From contig JAMHWA010000034.1 in NCBI GenBank assembly GCA_035911175.1, positions 5,206-69,205 on the forward strand: 64,000 nt of DNA, read 5' to 3'. The translations under genes and the position numbers were made by a program. Of the stretch, positions 19,285-27,429 are shown in pieces; within the stretch, counting starts at the first letter, position 1, and every line of letters starts with the position of its first letter. The DNA is from Alphaproteobacteria bacterium. Its GTDB lineage: Bacteria; Pseudomonadota; Alphaproteobacteria; Rickettsiales; UBA3002. The notes beneath the pieces were generated by a model. It saw nothing but the letters and a program-made list of their open reading frames with translations, searched no databases and was not told the DNA's origin.

Positions 19285-20492
19285 TGGATAGGGCCACACG
19301 CGAGGTGCTCGATTGGGTTGCCACGCAAGAAGCGGCGATGGTTGCTCTCACCGAACAATGGTCGGCGATGAATTCGGGCAGCTACAACCTTGCAGGGTTG
19401 CGCGCTATGCGCGAAGCATTGGCCGGCGCATTTGCACCGCTAGGTGGGGTGGCCGATATAATTCCGCTTGCACCCATCACCCAAATCAACGCGAAGGGCG
19501 AGGCGGTGGAAGTGCCGATGGCTGAGGCACTGCGCATTAGTAAAAGGCCAAATGCCGCACTGCAAGTGCTGCTCGTTGGTCATATGGATACGGTGTATGG
19601 CATTGACCATCCCTTTCAAAAAACGACCAAAATTTCTGAGAATATACTGAACGGCCCGGGCGTGGCCGACCTGAAGGGCGGCCTTGCGATTATGCTGCAT
19701 GCGCTGATGGCGCTGGAGCGCAGCCCATGGGCAGAGAATATCGGCTGGCAGGTGTTGCTGAATCCCGACGAAGAAATCGGCAGCGTGGCGAGTGACCCGC
19801 TGCTGAAAGAGGCTGCGAAAGGCAAAATGCTGGGGCTGGTGTATGAGCCCGCACTGGCCGATGGCACACTGGCAGGCGCGCGCAAAGGCAGCGGCAACTT
19901 CACGCTGGTAGTGCGTGGCCGCGCGGCACATGCGGGCCGTAACCCTGAGGATGGAAGAAATGCCATCGTTGCCTTGGCCGATATCACACAACGCGTGTTT
20001 ACACTCAATGGCAAGCGCGAGGGACTGACCTTGAACCCTGCGAAAATTGACGGTGGTGGGGCGCTGAATGTAGTGCCTGATTTGGCCATTTTGCGCTTCA
20101 ACATCCGCACCCGCGAAGTGGCGGATGAGGCATGGGTGCTGGCCGAGTTGCATAAGCTTGTGGATGAGTGGTGCAATAAGGATGGCTACCACGCTGAACT
20201 ACATGGCCATTTCACCAGAAAGCCCAAACCCATGTCGCCTGAAGTTCAAAAAGTGTTCGACCTTGTGCAGCAATGCGGGGCGGAACTTGGCCTCACGATT
20301 GGCATAAAACCCTCGGGCGGGTGCTGCGATGGCAATAATTTATGGCACCATGGCTTGCCTAATGTCGACACACTCGGCGTGCGCGGCGCGAACATCCATT
20401 CGGCGGATGAGGTGGCCTACCTCGATAGTTTTGTTGAGCGCGCGCAGCTTTCCGCACTCATTCTCATGAAACTGGCGCAGACGAACGCTTAG
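19284..20492 (+). CDS. M20 family metallopeptidase (carboxypeptidase G2 / desuccinylase-like)
   Basis: 402 aa. LLVGHMDTVY, GPGVADLKGG, NPDEEIGS, GRAAHAG. The start overlaps the astC stop (TGATG). Confidence 0.8.
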   Translation: MDRATREVLDWVATQEAAMVALTEQWSAMNSGSYNLAGLRAMREALAGAFAPLGGVADIIPLAPITQINAKGEAVEVPMAEALRISKRPNAALQVLLVGHMDTVYGIDHPFQKTTKISENILNGPGVADLKGGLAIMLHALMALERSPWAENIGWQVLLNPDEEIGSVASDPLLKEAAKGKMLGLVYEPALADGTLAGARKGSGNFTLVVRGRAAHAGRNPEDGRNAIVALADITQRVFTLNGKREGLTLNPAKIDGGGALNVVPDLAILRFNIRTREVADEAWVLAELHKLVDEWCNKDGYHAELHGHFTRKPKPMSPEVQKVFDLVQQCGAELGLTIGIKPSGGCCDGNNLWHHGLPNVDTLGVRGANIHSADEVAYLDSFVERAQLSALILMKLAQTNA

Positions 20493-20501
20493 CTGGCGGC
20501 G

Positions 20502-21311
20502 CTATTTCCAGTAATCGACGAATTTCTCGGCGAAAATATACTGGTACATGGGGTCACGGGTTTGCGCATTGGCCTGCTCGATAATGGGGCGGATGACTGA
20601 GGCAGGTTGCTTGAACCACACCCACAAGCGCGAGGCGACATTATAGACCGAGCAGGAATAGCCATGCTGCGTGAATAGCGCCTGCATGGATGCATTGGTG
20701 AAGAACGAGCAGTGCACCGACAACAAATAGAACCAATCCGGATTTTGTGGCACATGCTCGGCCACCAAGGTGTGCAGAATCATCACCCCATCATCACTCA
20801 CCAAATCAAAGATAGCATCGCATTGCTTCTTGAAGCGCAGATGTTCCATCACCGCTGTGTGCATGACGACGTTGAACGCGCGCGGGGTTAACTCATCCGC
20901 CCGCAAATAACCTTTGGCAGGGTTGCTGCTATGTTCATATTTCTCGACATGCAGTTGATGATCCTTTGCCAATGCAGCGCACAGTTTGCCATCACCTGCG
21001 CCATAATCCAACCAGCGGCCTTTGGGCAATAACCCGAGCGCGGCCACATCACCAATGATGGCAGATTGGGCAACAAAACGCTCCATCCAGCGGGGGTCTT
21101 CGGGGTTTTCATCCGTCCCTTGGTAGAGCGATACCCATTGATTGTTGAGTGTTTCCCACTGTGCGTCGGTCATTTCGTAATGCGTGCGCGAGAACACAAA
21201 GCCGCAATCCTTGCAGCGGTCATACTCCACCCAACCAAGGTTGAACTGCTCGAAATGCTTGCGCATGAACGGGGCCGTGTCACCACCACATACACTACAC
21301 GCTATTGACAT
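20502..21311 (-). CDS. class I SAM-dependent methyltransferase with an N-terminal zinc ribbon
   Basis: 269 aa. CSVCGG...CKDCGF are four Cys in ribbon spacing. WLDYGAGDGKL is a SAM motif I. GGAG lies 8 nt upstream of the ATG. Confidence 0.7.
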   Translation of the reverse strand: MSIACSVCGGDTAPFMRKHFEQFNLGWVEYDRCKDCGFVFSRTHYEMTDAQWETLNNQWVSLYQGTDENPEDPRWMERFVAQSAIIGDVAALGLLPKGRWLDYGAGDGKLCAALAKDHQLHVEKYEHSSNPAKGYLRADELTPRAFNVVMHTAVMEHLRFKKQCDAIFDLVSDDGVMILHTLVAEHVPQNPDWFYLLSVHCSFFTNASMQALFTQHGYSCSVYNVASRLWVWFKQPASVIRPIIEQANAQTRDPMYQYIFAEKFVDYWK

Positions 21312-21383
21312 AGATGGCTCCGCTTCCTAGTTTCAACATGCGCTGCAACGCTACCATGGCACCCCCATAAAGGCCAGTATCAT

Positions 21384-23123
21384 ATGAAATTTTATCCACT
21401 CGCATTGCTCGAAAATTATACTCTGGAAACGCTCACGCACACGTGCGTACTTTCCGATTATGTGGCGGGGGTGCACGCCACGCCCGATGCATTTTTTAAA
21501 AAAGAAGCGGATGGGTCGGTGGCATGGGTGATCGACCGCCATTGCGACCATGCAGGCGGCCAACTGCGCTTAAGCGATGGTGATAGCTGCAAGGCAGTGT
21601 GCCCACTGCATCTGTGGGAGTTTGATTTTAACTCGCTCAGCTATTCCAAAATTCCCAATCAAACCTTCGAGCACATTACCAAAAAATCCATCCCATTCTC
21701 GGTGAACGATGGCGTGCTGAGCTACCAGATTAACAAGCAGGCATTACGCATTCCTGAAACGGTGACTCACACTAAAACCACGCCCACGCAGGCGGAATTG
21801 CGGTATATCACCCATGCCTCGGTGATGCTAACCATTGGCGGCGTGAAGCTGCTCACCGATCCGTGGTTTGTGGGCGAATGCCTTGCGAGTGGCTGGTGGC
21901 TAAAATATCCGCCGAAGGCCGATGCATGGGAGCTGCTTGCAAGCGCCGACATACTCTATATTTCGCATAACCATCCGGATCACCTGCACGAGGAAACACT
22001 GGCGCGGCTGCGGCGTGATATCCCGATTATTGTTCCCCAGTTCGACACCGATTCCGTCGCTGCCCCGCTGCGCGCCATGGGGTTCACCAATGTTATCGAG
22101 CTTGAGAAAAAGCGCCTCTACCGCCTGAACGATAGCGAGTTGCTGATCAGCATTCTGCCCACGGGCGACCATCGCGATGATAGTGGGTTATTCATTACTC
22201 AGGGTGATTTCTCGGCCATTCTGACGGTCGATTGCGTCGGCACAAACCAATATGTGTTGCCCCATAACCCAACATTCCTGCTCACCAACTTCTCCTCGGG
22301 CGCATCGGGTTGGCCGCTATGCTACGATGTGCTTGGCTCGTTCGATGAGCGCTCCAAGATTGTCACCAAAAACCGTGGCAATGCGTTGGTTGAGGTGATG
22401 AAATATATCGGAGTTACGAAGCCCAAGGCCTACATGCCGTATGCAGGGTTTTTCCATGAGCGCGCCCCACGGGATGCGGTGATTCAGCAATATAACGTGA
22501 AGAACGGGCCCGAGAGCATCACCGATAAAGTGAAGGCCAAATTCCCTGATGTTGTTGCCGCAAACCCGCTGGAGCACGATGTGATGACGTGGCAGGGTGG
22601 GCAGGTATCTCTCAGCACCGTTAATCAGCCACCGCTGTTCACCTATGATGCGGCGATGATTAACCAATACCTCGCGGCTCAGCGGGCGTTGCTAAAGCAT
22701 TTCGATATCCATAAAATCGCCGATTATTTCTGCCAATCCGAGTTTCAGGACGCGCTGATTGTCTATCTGGTGCTGACCGATGACGATTACACCCCCGAAG
22801 GGCAAAGCCTGCGGATTGATTTTTCGACGACGCCCATCAGTTATCGCATTGTCGATAGCGCAGCGCTCACCGCAGAATTTGAGGCGCTTACGGAGTTGAA
22901 TGGCTTCCACCATTTGCTGATTAAGGTGCGCACTGATAGCATGTGGCAGATTGTGTTCTATGGCCGCCCGATTGAGGAGCTCACGCTTGGCTTCCAATGC
23001 CGTATCGACCGCAAGCCCGATCAATACAACGCCGCATTCTGGAAGCACTACACCACCTATGGCGCACCCATGCTGCGCTCTGGCGAAGACCGTCTGCTCT
23101 ATAAGCTGCTCGAGGGGGCGTAG
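21384..23123 (+). CDS. Rieske [2Fe-2S] + metallo-beta-lactamase-fold monooxygenase, CMP-N-acetylneuraminate hydroxylase (CMAH)-like
   Basis: 579 aa. Rieske ligands are C-D-H in RHCDHAGG and C-P-L-H in AVCPLHLWEF. Then DPWFVGECLASGWWLKYPP, ADILYISHNHPDHL, TVDCVG, SSGASGWP, MPYAGFF and a C-terminal GFQCRIDRKPDQYNAAFWKHY. These are co-linear with blocks I recall from mammalian CMAH. Confidence 0.75.
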   Translation: MKFYPLALLENYTLETLTHTCVLSDYVAGVHATPDAFFKKEADGSVAWVIDRHCDHAGGQLRLSDGDSCKAVCPLHLWEFDFNSLSYSKIPNQTFEHITKKSIPFSVNDGVLSYQINKQALRIPETVTHTKTTPTQAELRYITHASVMLTIGGVKLLTDPWFVGECLASGWWLKYPPKADAWELLASADILYISHNHPDHLHEETLARLRRDIPIIVPQFDTDSVAAPLRAMGFTNVIELEKKRLYRLNDSELLISILPTGDHRDDSGLFITQGDFSAILTVDCVGTNQYVLPHNPTFLLTNFSSGASGWPLCYDVLGSFDERSKIVTKNRGNALVEVMKYIGVTKPKAYMPYAGFFHERAPRDAVIQQYNVKNGPESITDKVKAKFPDVVAANPLEHDVMTWQGGQVSLSTVNQPPLFTYDAAMINQYLAAQRALLKHFDIHKIADYFCQSEFQDALIVYLVLTDDDYTPEGQSLRIDFSTTPISYRIVDSAALTAEFEALTELNGFHHLLIKVRTDSMWQIVFYGRPIEELTLGFQCRIDRKPDQYNAAFWKHYTTYGAPMLRSGEDRLLYKLLEGA

Positions 23124-23894
23124 GTGGCTTCAAAGAAAATGCGCATCGCCCTTGGTTTCTTTCTAGCCGTCATTTTGATTGGTATCGCGTTTTTTTACAC
23201 TGCTTATCAGTATTTGTATCGGTTAAAAACTGCCTGCTCTCAGGAACGGGTAATGCTTGCTACTGGGCATAAATTCAACAACGCGCCATCTAAAGAGGCA
23301 TGCGAAGGCAAGAAAATCGTCGATCTTGAAACGGGTACCTATCAACTTGGTGAGCTAACCTTCAAAATCCCTCGGGCTTACTTATGGCAAGAAAAATATA
23401 CCGAAGGACAAGTTAAGAATATCTACCTTAGCATGTATTATCCTTCGTTTGAACCTGAACGCGCAGATTCAAACGGTTTGGACCCGAGCTTAATTCATGC
23501 CACTATTCACCAGTGTTTTTTAAAGGAATGTAACCAGAAAAAGACCCCAGATTATGATCTAAAAATTACTATTCCTCGATACAAGTCAACTTATAGCCAA
23601 TCCGATTATGTCCCAGAATTAGATTTATGGCGTTATGTCATAATTGATCAAATGACTACAGTAAGAAAAAGTGAAGTTTATTTCCGAGGAACTCAGGAAA
23701 ATCCAACTTACTGGTTCATCTGCACCGTCTCTGACCGCAACCCTCATTGTGAAGGGGATGCTTGGTTCAAAAATGGAAGCAGCATCAGTTATAGATTCCA
23801 TTATAGCCAACTGAATGATCATGAAAAGATTGTAGGTGGCATTCACAGTAAGATTGATAATTTTCTAATTAAGGGAGCCCCTCATGCCAATTAG
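23124..23894 (+). CDS. hypothetical N-terminally anchored, Cys-rich protein (AT-rich orphan)
   Basis: 256 aa. GTG start directly after the CMAH-like stop, with GAGGGGG 5 nt upstream. One TM (IALGFFLAVILIGIAFFY). Seven Cys in the extracytoplasmic part. Composition is clearly AT-richer than the neighbours. Confidence 0.6.
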   Translation: MASKKMRIALGFFLAVILIGIAFFYTAYQYLYRLKTACSQERVMLATGHKFNNAPSKEACEGKKIVDLETGTYQLGELTFKIPRAYLWQEKYTEGQVKNIYLSMYYPSFEPERADSNGLDPSLIHATIHQCFLKECNQKKTPDYDLKITIPRYKSTYSQSDYVPELDLWRYVIIDQMTTVRKSEVYFRGTQENPTYWFICTVSDRNPHCEGDAWFKNGSSISYRFHYSQLNDHEKIVGGIHSKIDNFLIKGAPHAN

Positions 23895-23935
23895 CCTTTC
23901 GAGGCTTAGCTAGAGCTGTCGCTCATCAGAGCATT

Positions 23936-24021
23936 TGGTGGAGGGGGAAGGATTTGAACCTTCGAACTCCTAAGAGGGCGGATTTACAGTCCGCTGCCAT
24001 TGACCACTCGACCACCCCTCC
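23936..24021 (-). tRNA. tRNA-Tyr (anticodon GTA), CCA encoded
   Basis: Reverse complement is GGAGGGGTGGTCGAGTGGTCAATGGCAGCGGACTGTAAATCCGCCCTCTTAGGAGTTCGAAGGTTCAAATCCTTCCCCCTCCACCA. Acceptor stem pairs 7/7. Anticodon loop is CTGTAAA. Long variable arm. Confidence 0.9.
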
Positions 24022-24164
24022 ACGTCACTGAAAGCCATTGCTTCAGCCTAGGTTGTTGCGGTGCGCACGTGGTGCGCGCGGCAAAACCGAGACGGGGTTA
24101 TGCCGCGAAAATGGTGGTCTGTAAACCCTTAATTTTAAGGTTAGGGATTGCCGCCGATGATGGC

Positions 24165-24731
24165 CTAATGTTCGCGCACCGAACTGGTGACCACACCCCA
24201 AATGGTGACGCCTGTTTCTGGGTTCACGGGGATGGGGGAATATTCGGGGTTAGCGGGCATCAGGTAGGTGCGGCCTTGTTTGATGATGAGGAATTTCACC
24301 GTCAGCGCCCCATCCACCGCAGCGATGACAATTTTGCCGTGCTTGGGTGGCGCGGTGCGGTCGACCACCAGCAGGTCACCATCGCGGATATTGGCGTCGA
24401 TCATGGAGTCCCCCGCCGCGCGCACCAAAAAGGTCTCCTCTGGCTTGCGCACGAGATGGGCGTTCAAATCCATGCGGCTTTCCACATGGTCATCCGCAAA
24501 GGCGGGTGAGCCAGCCTGCACGGTGGCACTGTAGAGCGGAATTTTGAAGGCTTTGGATTCCACGAACCGAATCACATCCCCCACCAAACTGGCTGGCACG
24601 CGCACGCGTTCAGTAATTTCGCCAAAGCGTCCGCTGCCTTTGGGGCGCCCAGCCCCTTGGCGTTTGCCACCATGGATGGGGGTGACATTACTTGCCGCGC
24701 TTGCGGCTTTATTTTTACTGGCTTGTTTCAT
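24165..24731 (-). CDS. S24 (LexA/UmuD-type) autopeptidase with a short basic non-HTH N-terminus
   Basis: GGAGG lies 5 nt upstream of the Met at 24731. VQAGSP is an Ala-Gly cleavage-site context. GDSM carries the Ser and TVKF the Lys of the dyad. The N-terminus is KRQGAGRPKGSGR. No umuC or dinB next to it. Confidence 0.75.
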   Translation of the reverse strand: MKQASKNKAASAASNVTPIHGGKRQGAGRPKGSGRFGEITERVRVPASLVGDVIRFVESKAFKIPLYSATVQAGSPAFADDHVESRMDLNAHLVRKPEETFLVRAAGDSMIDANIRDGDLLVVDRTAPPKHGKIVIAAVDGALTVKFLIIKQGRTYLMPANPEYSPIPVNPETGVTIWGVVTSSVREH

Positions 24732-24921
24732 TCGAGCCTCCATTCTTGTCCCAAAAATCAAGATGCACAAAACCAGCCAGCAGGTCAAGCGGCGATTTTA
24801 CAATGGGCGGTATCATGGCCAATGAACCGGGATGTATGAGAATGTGGTGCCAAGCTGCCACTTGAGTCTACCTTGTGGGAGGGGTATGCTGAAGAGGACA
24901 GCAAAACAAATGAGGTGAAGC

Positions 24922-25941
24922 GTGTTTCTGCGCCCTGCGACGATGAATGACCAAGAAGCTGTGCTGGAGCTGGCCCGCCAAGCAGGATTTGGCATGACCA
25001 GCCTGCCGCCCGATGCGGCGGTGCTGCGCGAAAAGATCGAGGCATCGGTGGCGAGTTTTGCGGGGGTCTACCCGAAAAAGGGGCAGGAGAGCTTCTTTTT
25101 TGTGCTCGAAGATAGCGAAAATGGTGGGCACATCGCGGGCACGTGCGGCATCAAGGCGCATATTGGCCTAAGCCAGCCCTTTTATTCCTATAAACTCACC
25201 ACCATCACCCAAGTTTCGACCCAGCTCGATATTTTCAGCAAACAGACCATGCTGCAGGTGACGAACGACCTGACGGGGGCAACGGAAGTGGGTTCACTGT
25301 TCTTGGAGCCATCCTATCGGCGCGACCGCTTGGGGAAAATGATGTCGCTGGCGCGCTTTATGTTCATGGCCGCGTTTCCGCAGCATTTTGCCGACCAAGT
25401 GATTGCTGAAATGCGTGGGGTGCATGATGTTGAGGGTAATGCACCGTTTTATAATGCGTTGCCGAAGAAGTTCTTCCAGATGGGTTTTGCCAAGGCGGAT
25501 TATATCAATGCCACGCAGGGCAACCAATTCATCAATGACCTCATGCCGAAATATCCGATTTACCTGAGCCTCATGCCCAAATCGGCACAGGCGGCAGTGG
25601 GGATGGTTAATTCGGCCTCGGAACCCGCGAAGGCGATGCTCGAACGTCAGGGGTTTAAGTATACAGGCTATGTCGATATTTTCGATGGTGGGCCAACCCT
25701 GATTGCTGAGCGTACTGCGATTGATGTGGTGGCCAAAAGCAAACGCGGCCAAGTCGTTTCGATAGCGGAATTGCCTGAGGAAACAAGTAAATTTATGGCT
25801 AGTAACGATCAGTTTGAAGGGTTTCGCTGCGCTGTCGGGCGGTTGGTAGAAGCGGCGGATGGCGGCGTAAGTATCACCCCTCGCTTGGCGCGCAGGGCAG
25901 GGGTCGCACTTGGCGATGTGGTGCGTTACTATCCCGTCTAA
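24922..25941 (+). CDS. astA: arginine N-succinyltransferase
   Basis: 339 aa with a GTG start and an upstream GAGG. The N-terminus LRPATMNDQEAVLELARQAGFGMTSLPPD parallels E. coli AstA (IRPVERSD...GGGLTSLPAN). Confidence 0.85.
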   Translation: MFLRPATMNDQEAVLELARQAGFGMTSLPPDAAVLREKIEASVASFAGVYPKKGQESFFFVLEDSENGGHIAGTCGIKAHIGLSQPFYSYKLTTITQVSTQLDIFSKQTMLQVTNDLTGATEVGSLFLEPSYRRDRLGKMMSLARFMFMAAFPQHFADQVIAEMRGVHDVEGNAPFYNALPKKFFQMGFAKADYINATQGNQFINDLMPKYPIYLSLMPKSAQAAVGMVNSASEPAKAMLERQGFKYTGYVDIFDGGPTLIAERTAIDVVAKSKRGQVVSIAELPEETSKFMASNDQFEGFRCAVGRLVEAADGGVSITPRLARRAGVALGDVVRYYPV

Positions 25942-25968
25942 GCGCAACGGGTTTGAATAGGAGTCCTT

Positions 25969-27426
25969 ATGCAATATATCAATGGCTTATGGGTTGATTC
26001 TGGCAGCCATAGTTTCACCTCGACGAACCCAGCGACGGGGGCGACCCTCTGGCAGGGTAAGGCGGCGGATGCCGCTCAGGTGGGGAAGGCGGTTGCCGCG
26101 GCGCGGGCTGCGTTTCCGGCATGGGCAGCGCTTGGCTATGAGGCGCGCTATGCACTGGTTGATAGGTTTAAGTCGTTGATTTCGGGCAGCCAAGAGGAAT
26201 TGTCGCTGGCGATTGCCAAGGAAACAGGCAAGGCGATGTGGGATGCAAAATCCGAAGTCGCCGCCGTCATCGCGAAGCTTACCTATGCCAGTGAGGCCTA
26301 TGTCGAAAGAACAGGCACAAAATCAAGGACTTCGCCTGTTGGCAATGCGGTGGTGCGGCACCGCCCGCACGGGGTCATGGCGGTGTATGGCCCCTATAAC
26401 TTCCCCGCCCATTTGCCCAATGGGCATATCATGCCAGCGCTTTTGGCTGGGAATACCATCGTATTCAAACCCAGCGAACAAACACCGATGGTGGCGGAAT
26501 GGATGGTGAAGAAGTGGGAAGAAGCTGGCTTGCCCAAGGGTGTGCTGAACCTGATTCAAGGGGAACGCGACACTGGGATTGCCCTCGCGCAAGCGGCGGT
26601 GGATGGCATTTTGTTCACCGGTTCCTCGGCGACGGGGAAGGCCATTCATGCGCAGCTGGCAGGGCGGCCTGAGGTTATCCTTGCGCTGGAGATGGGAGGT
26701 AATAACCCATTGATTGTCGGCCAGGTTAGCGACATCAAGGCTGCGGTACTGGAGACCATTCTCTCGGCGTTTACGGGAACGGGGCAGCGCTGCACTTGCG
26801 CGCGGCGACTGATCTTGCCCAAATGGGCGGGGCGTGAAACATTTATTGCAAAATTACTTCAGGTTAGCGCATCGCTTGCCATTGGTGCTTACGATGAAAC
26901 ACCAGCCCCCTTCATGGGCCCAGTAATCTCGATGCGGGAGGCAACGCGGCTACTGGAGGCGCAGAGCGATCTTGAGAAGTTAGGTGGCAACGTGCTGCTT
27001 CGCATGCGCCAGTTGCGCGACGGATTGCCGTTCCTAACGCCTGCCATCATTGATATGACAGGGGCAAAAAATATTCCGGACGTGGAATATTTTGGCCCAT
27101 TACTACAGCTCTATTGCGTGGATACAATCGACCAAGCAATCGAATCTGCCAATACTACGTGCTACGGGCTAAGTGCCGCGGTTCTGTGCGATGATTCGGC
27201 ACTGTTTCAACAGGTTAGCAGCCAATTGCGCGCAGGGCTTATCAACTGGAATCGGCAAACAACGGGGGCTTCGGGGGCGGGGCCCTTTGGTGGGGTGGGG
27301 CTTAGTGGCAACCACCGGCCAGCGGGCTATTACTCGGCGGATTATTGTGCCTATCCTGTGGCCTCTGTCGAGTCGGGGGCGCTCGCCCTTCCAGCCCAAC
27401 TCCCTGCGGGAATAACAATAGGATAG
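25969..27426 (+). CDS. astD: succinylglutamate-semialdehyde dehydrogenase
   Basis: 485 aa aldehyde dehydrogenase (EMGGNNP, GQRCTC). The N-terminus INGLWVDSG...NPATGATLWQGKAADAAQV parallels E. coli AstD. Confidence 0.85.
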   Translation: MQYINGLWVDSGSHSFTSTNPATGATLWQGKAADAAQVGKAVAAARAAFPAWAALGYEARYALVDRFKSLISGSQEELSLAIAKETGKAMWDAKSEVAAVIAKLTYASEAYVERTGTKSRTSPVGNAVVRHRPHGVMAVYGPYNFPAHLPNGHIMPALLAGNTIVFKPSEQTPMVAEWMVKKWEEAGLPKGVLNLIQGERDTGIALAQAAVDGILFTGSSATGKAIHAQLAGRPEVILALEMGGNNPLIVGQVSDIKAAVLETILSAFTGTGQRCTCARRLILPKWAGRETFIAKLLQVSASLAIGAYDETPAPFMGPVISMREATRLLEAQSDLEKLGGNVLLRMRQLRDGLPFLTPAIIDMTGAKNIPDVEYFGPLLQLYCVDTIDQAIESANTTCYGLSAAVLCDDSALFQQVSSQLRAGLINWNRQTTGASGAGPFGGVGLSGNHRPAGYYSADYCAYPVASVESGALALPAQLPAGITIG

Positions 27427-27429
27427 CAG

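Noticed and set aside
24000-24509. 169-aa plus-strand ORF that begins inside tRNA-Tyr.
   Set aside because: It overlaps the tRNA and is antisense to the S24 peptidase gene, which has an SD and the catalytic motifs.
20493-24921. Classical tRNA-targeted genomic island or prophage remnant at tRNA-Tyr.
   Set aside because: There is no integrase, recombinase or transposase. I found no direct repeat of the tRNA-Tyr 3' end near the other boundary (around 20490-20510). Only one gene is compositionally deviant. I report it as an accessory patch, not as a mobile element.
24731-24922. SOS/LexA box upstream of the S24 gene and astA.
   Set aside because: I looked for GTTC-N7-GTTC (alphaproteobacterial) and CTGT-N8-ACAG (gammaproteobacterial) patterns and found neither.
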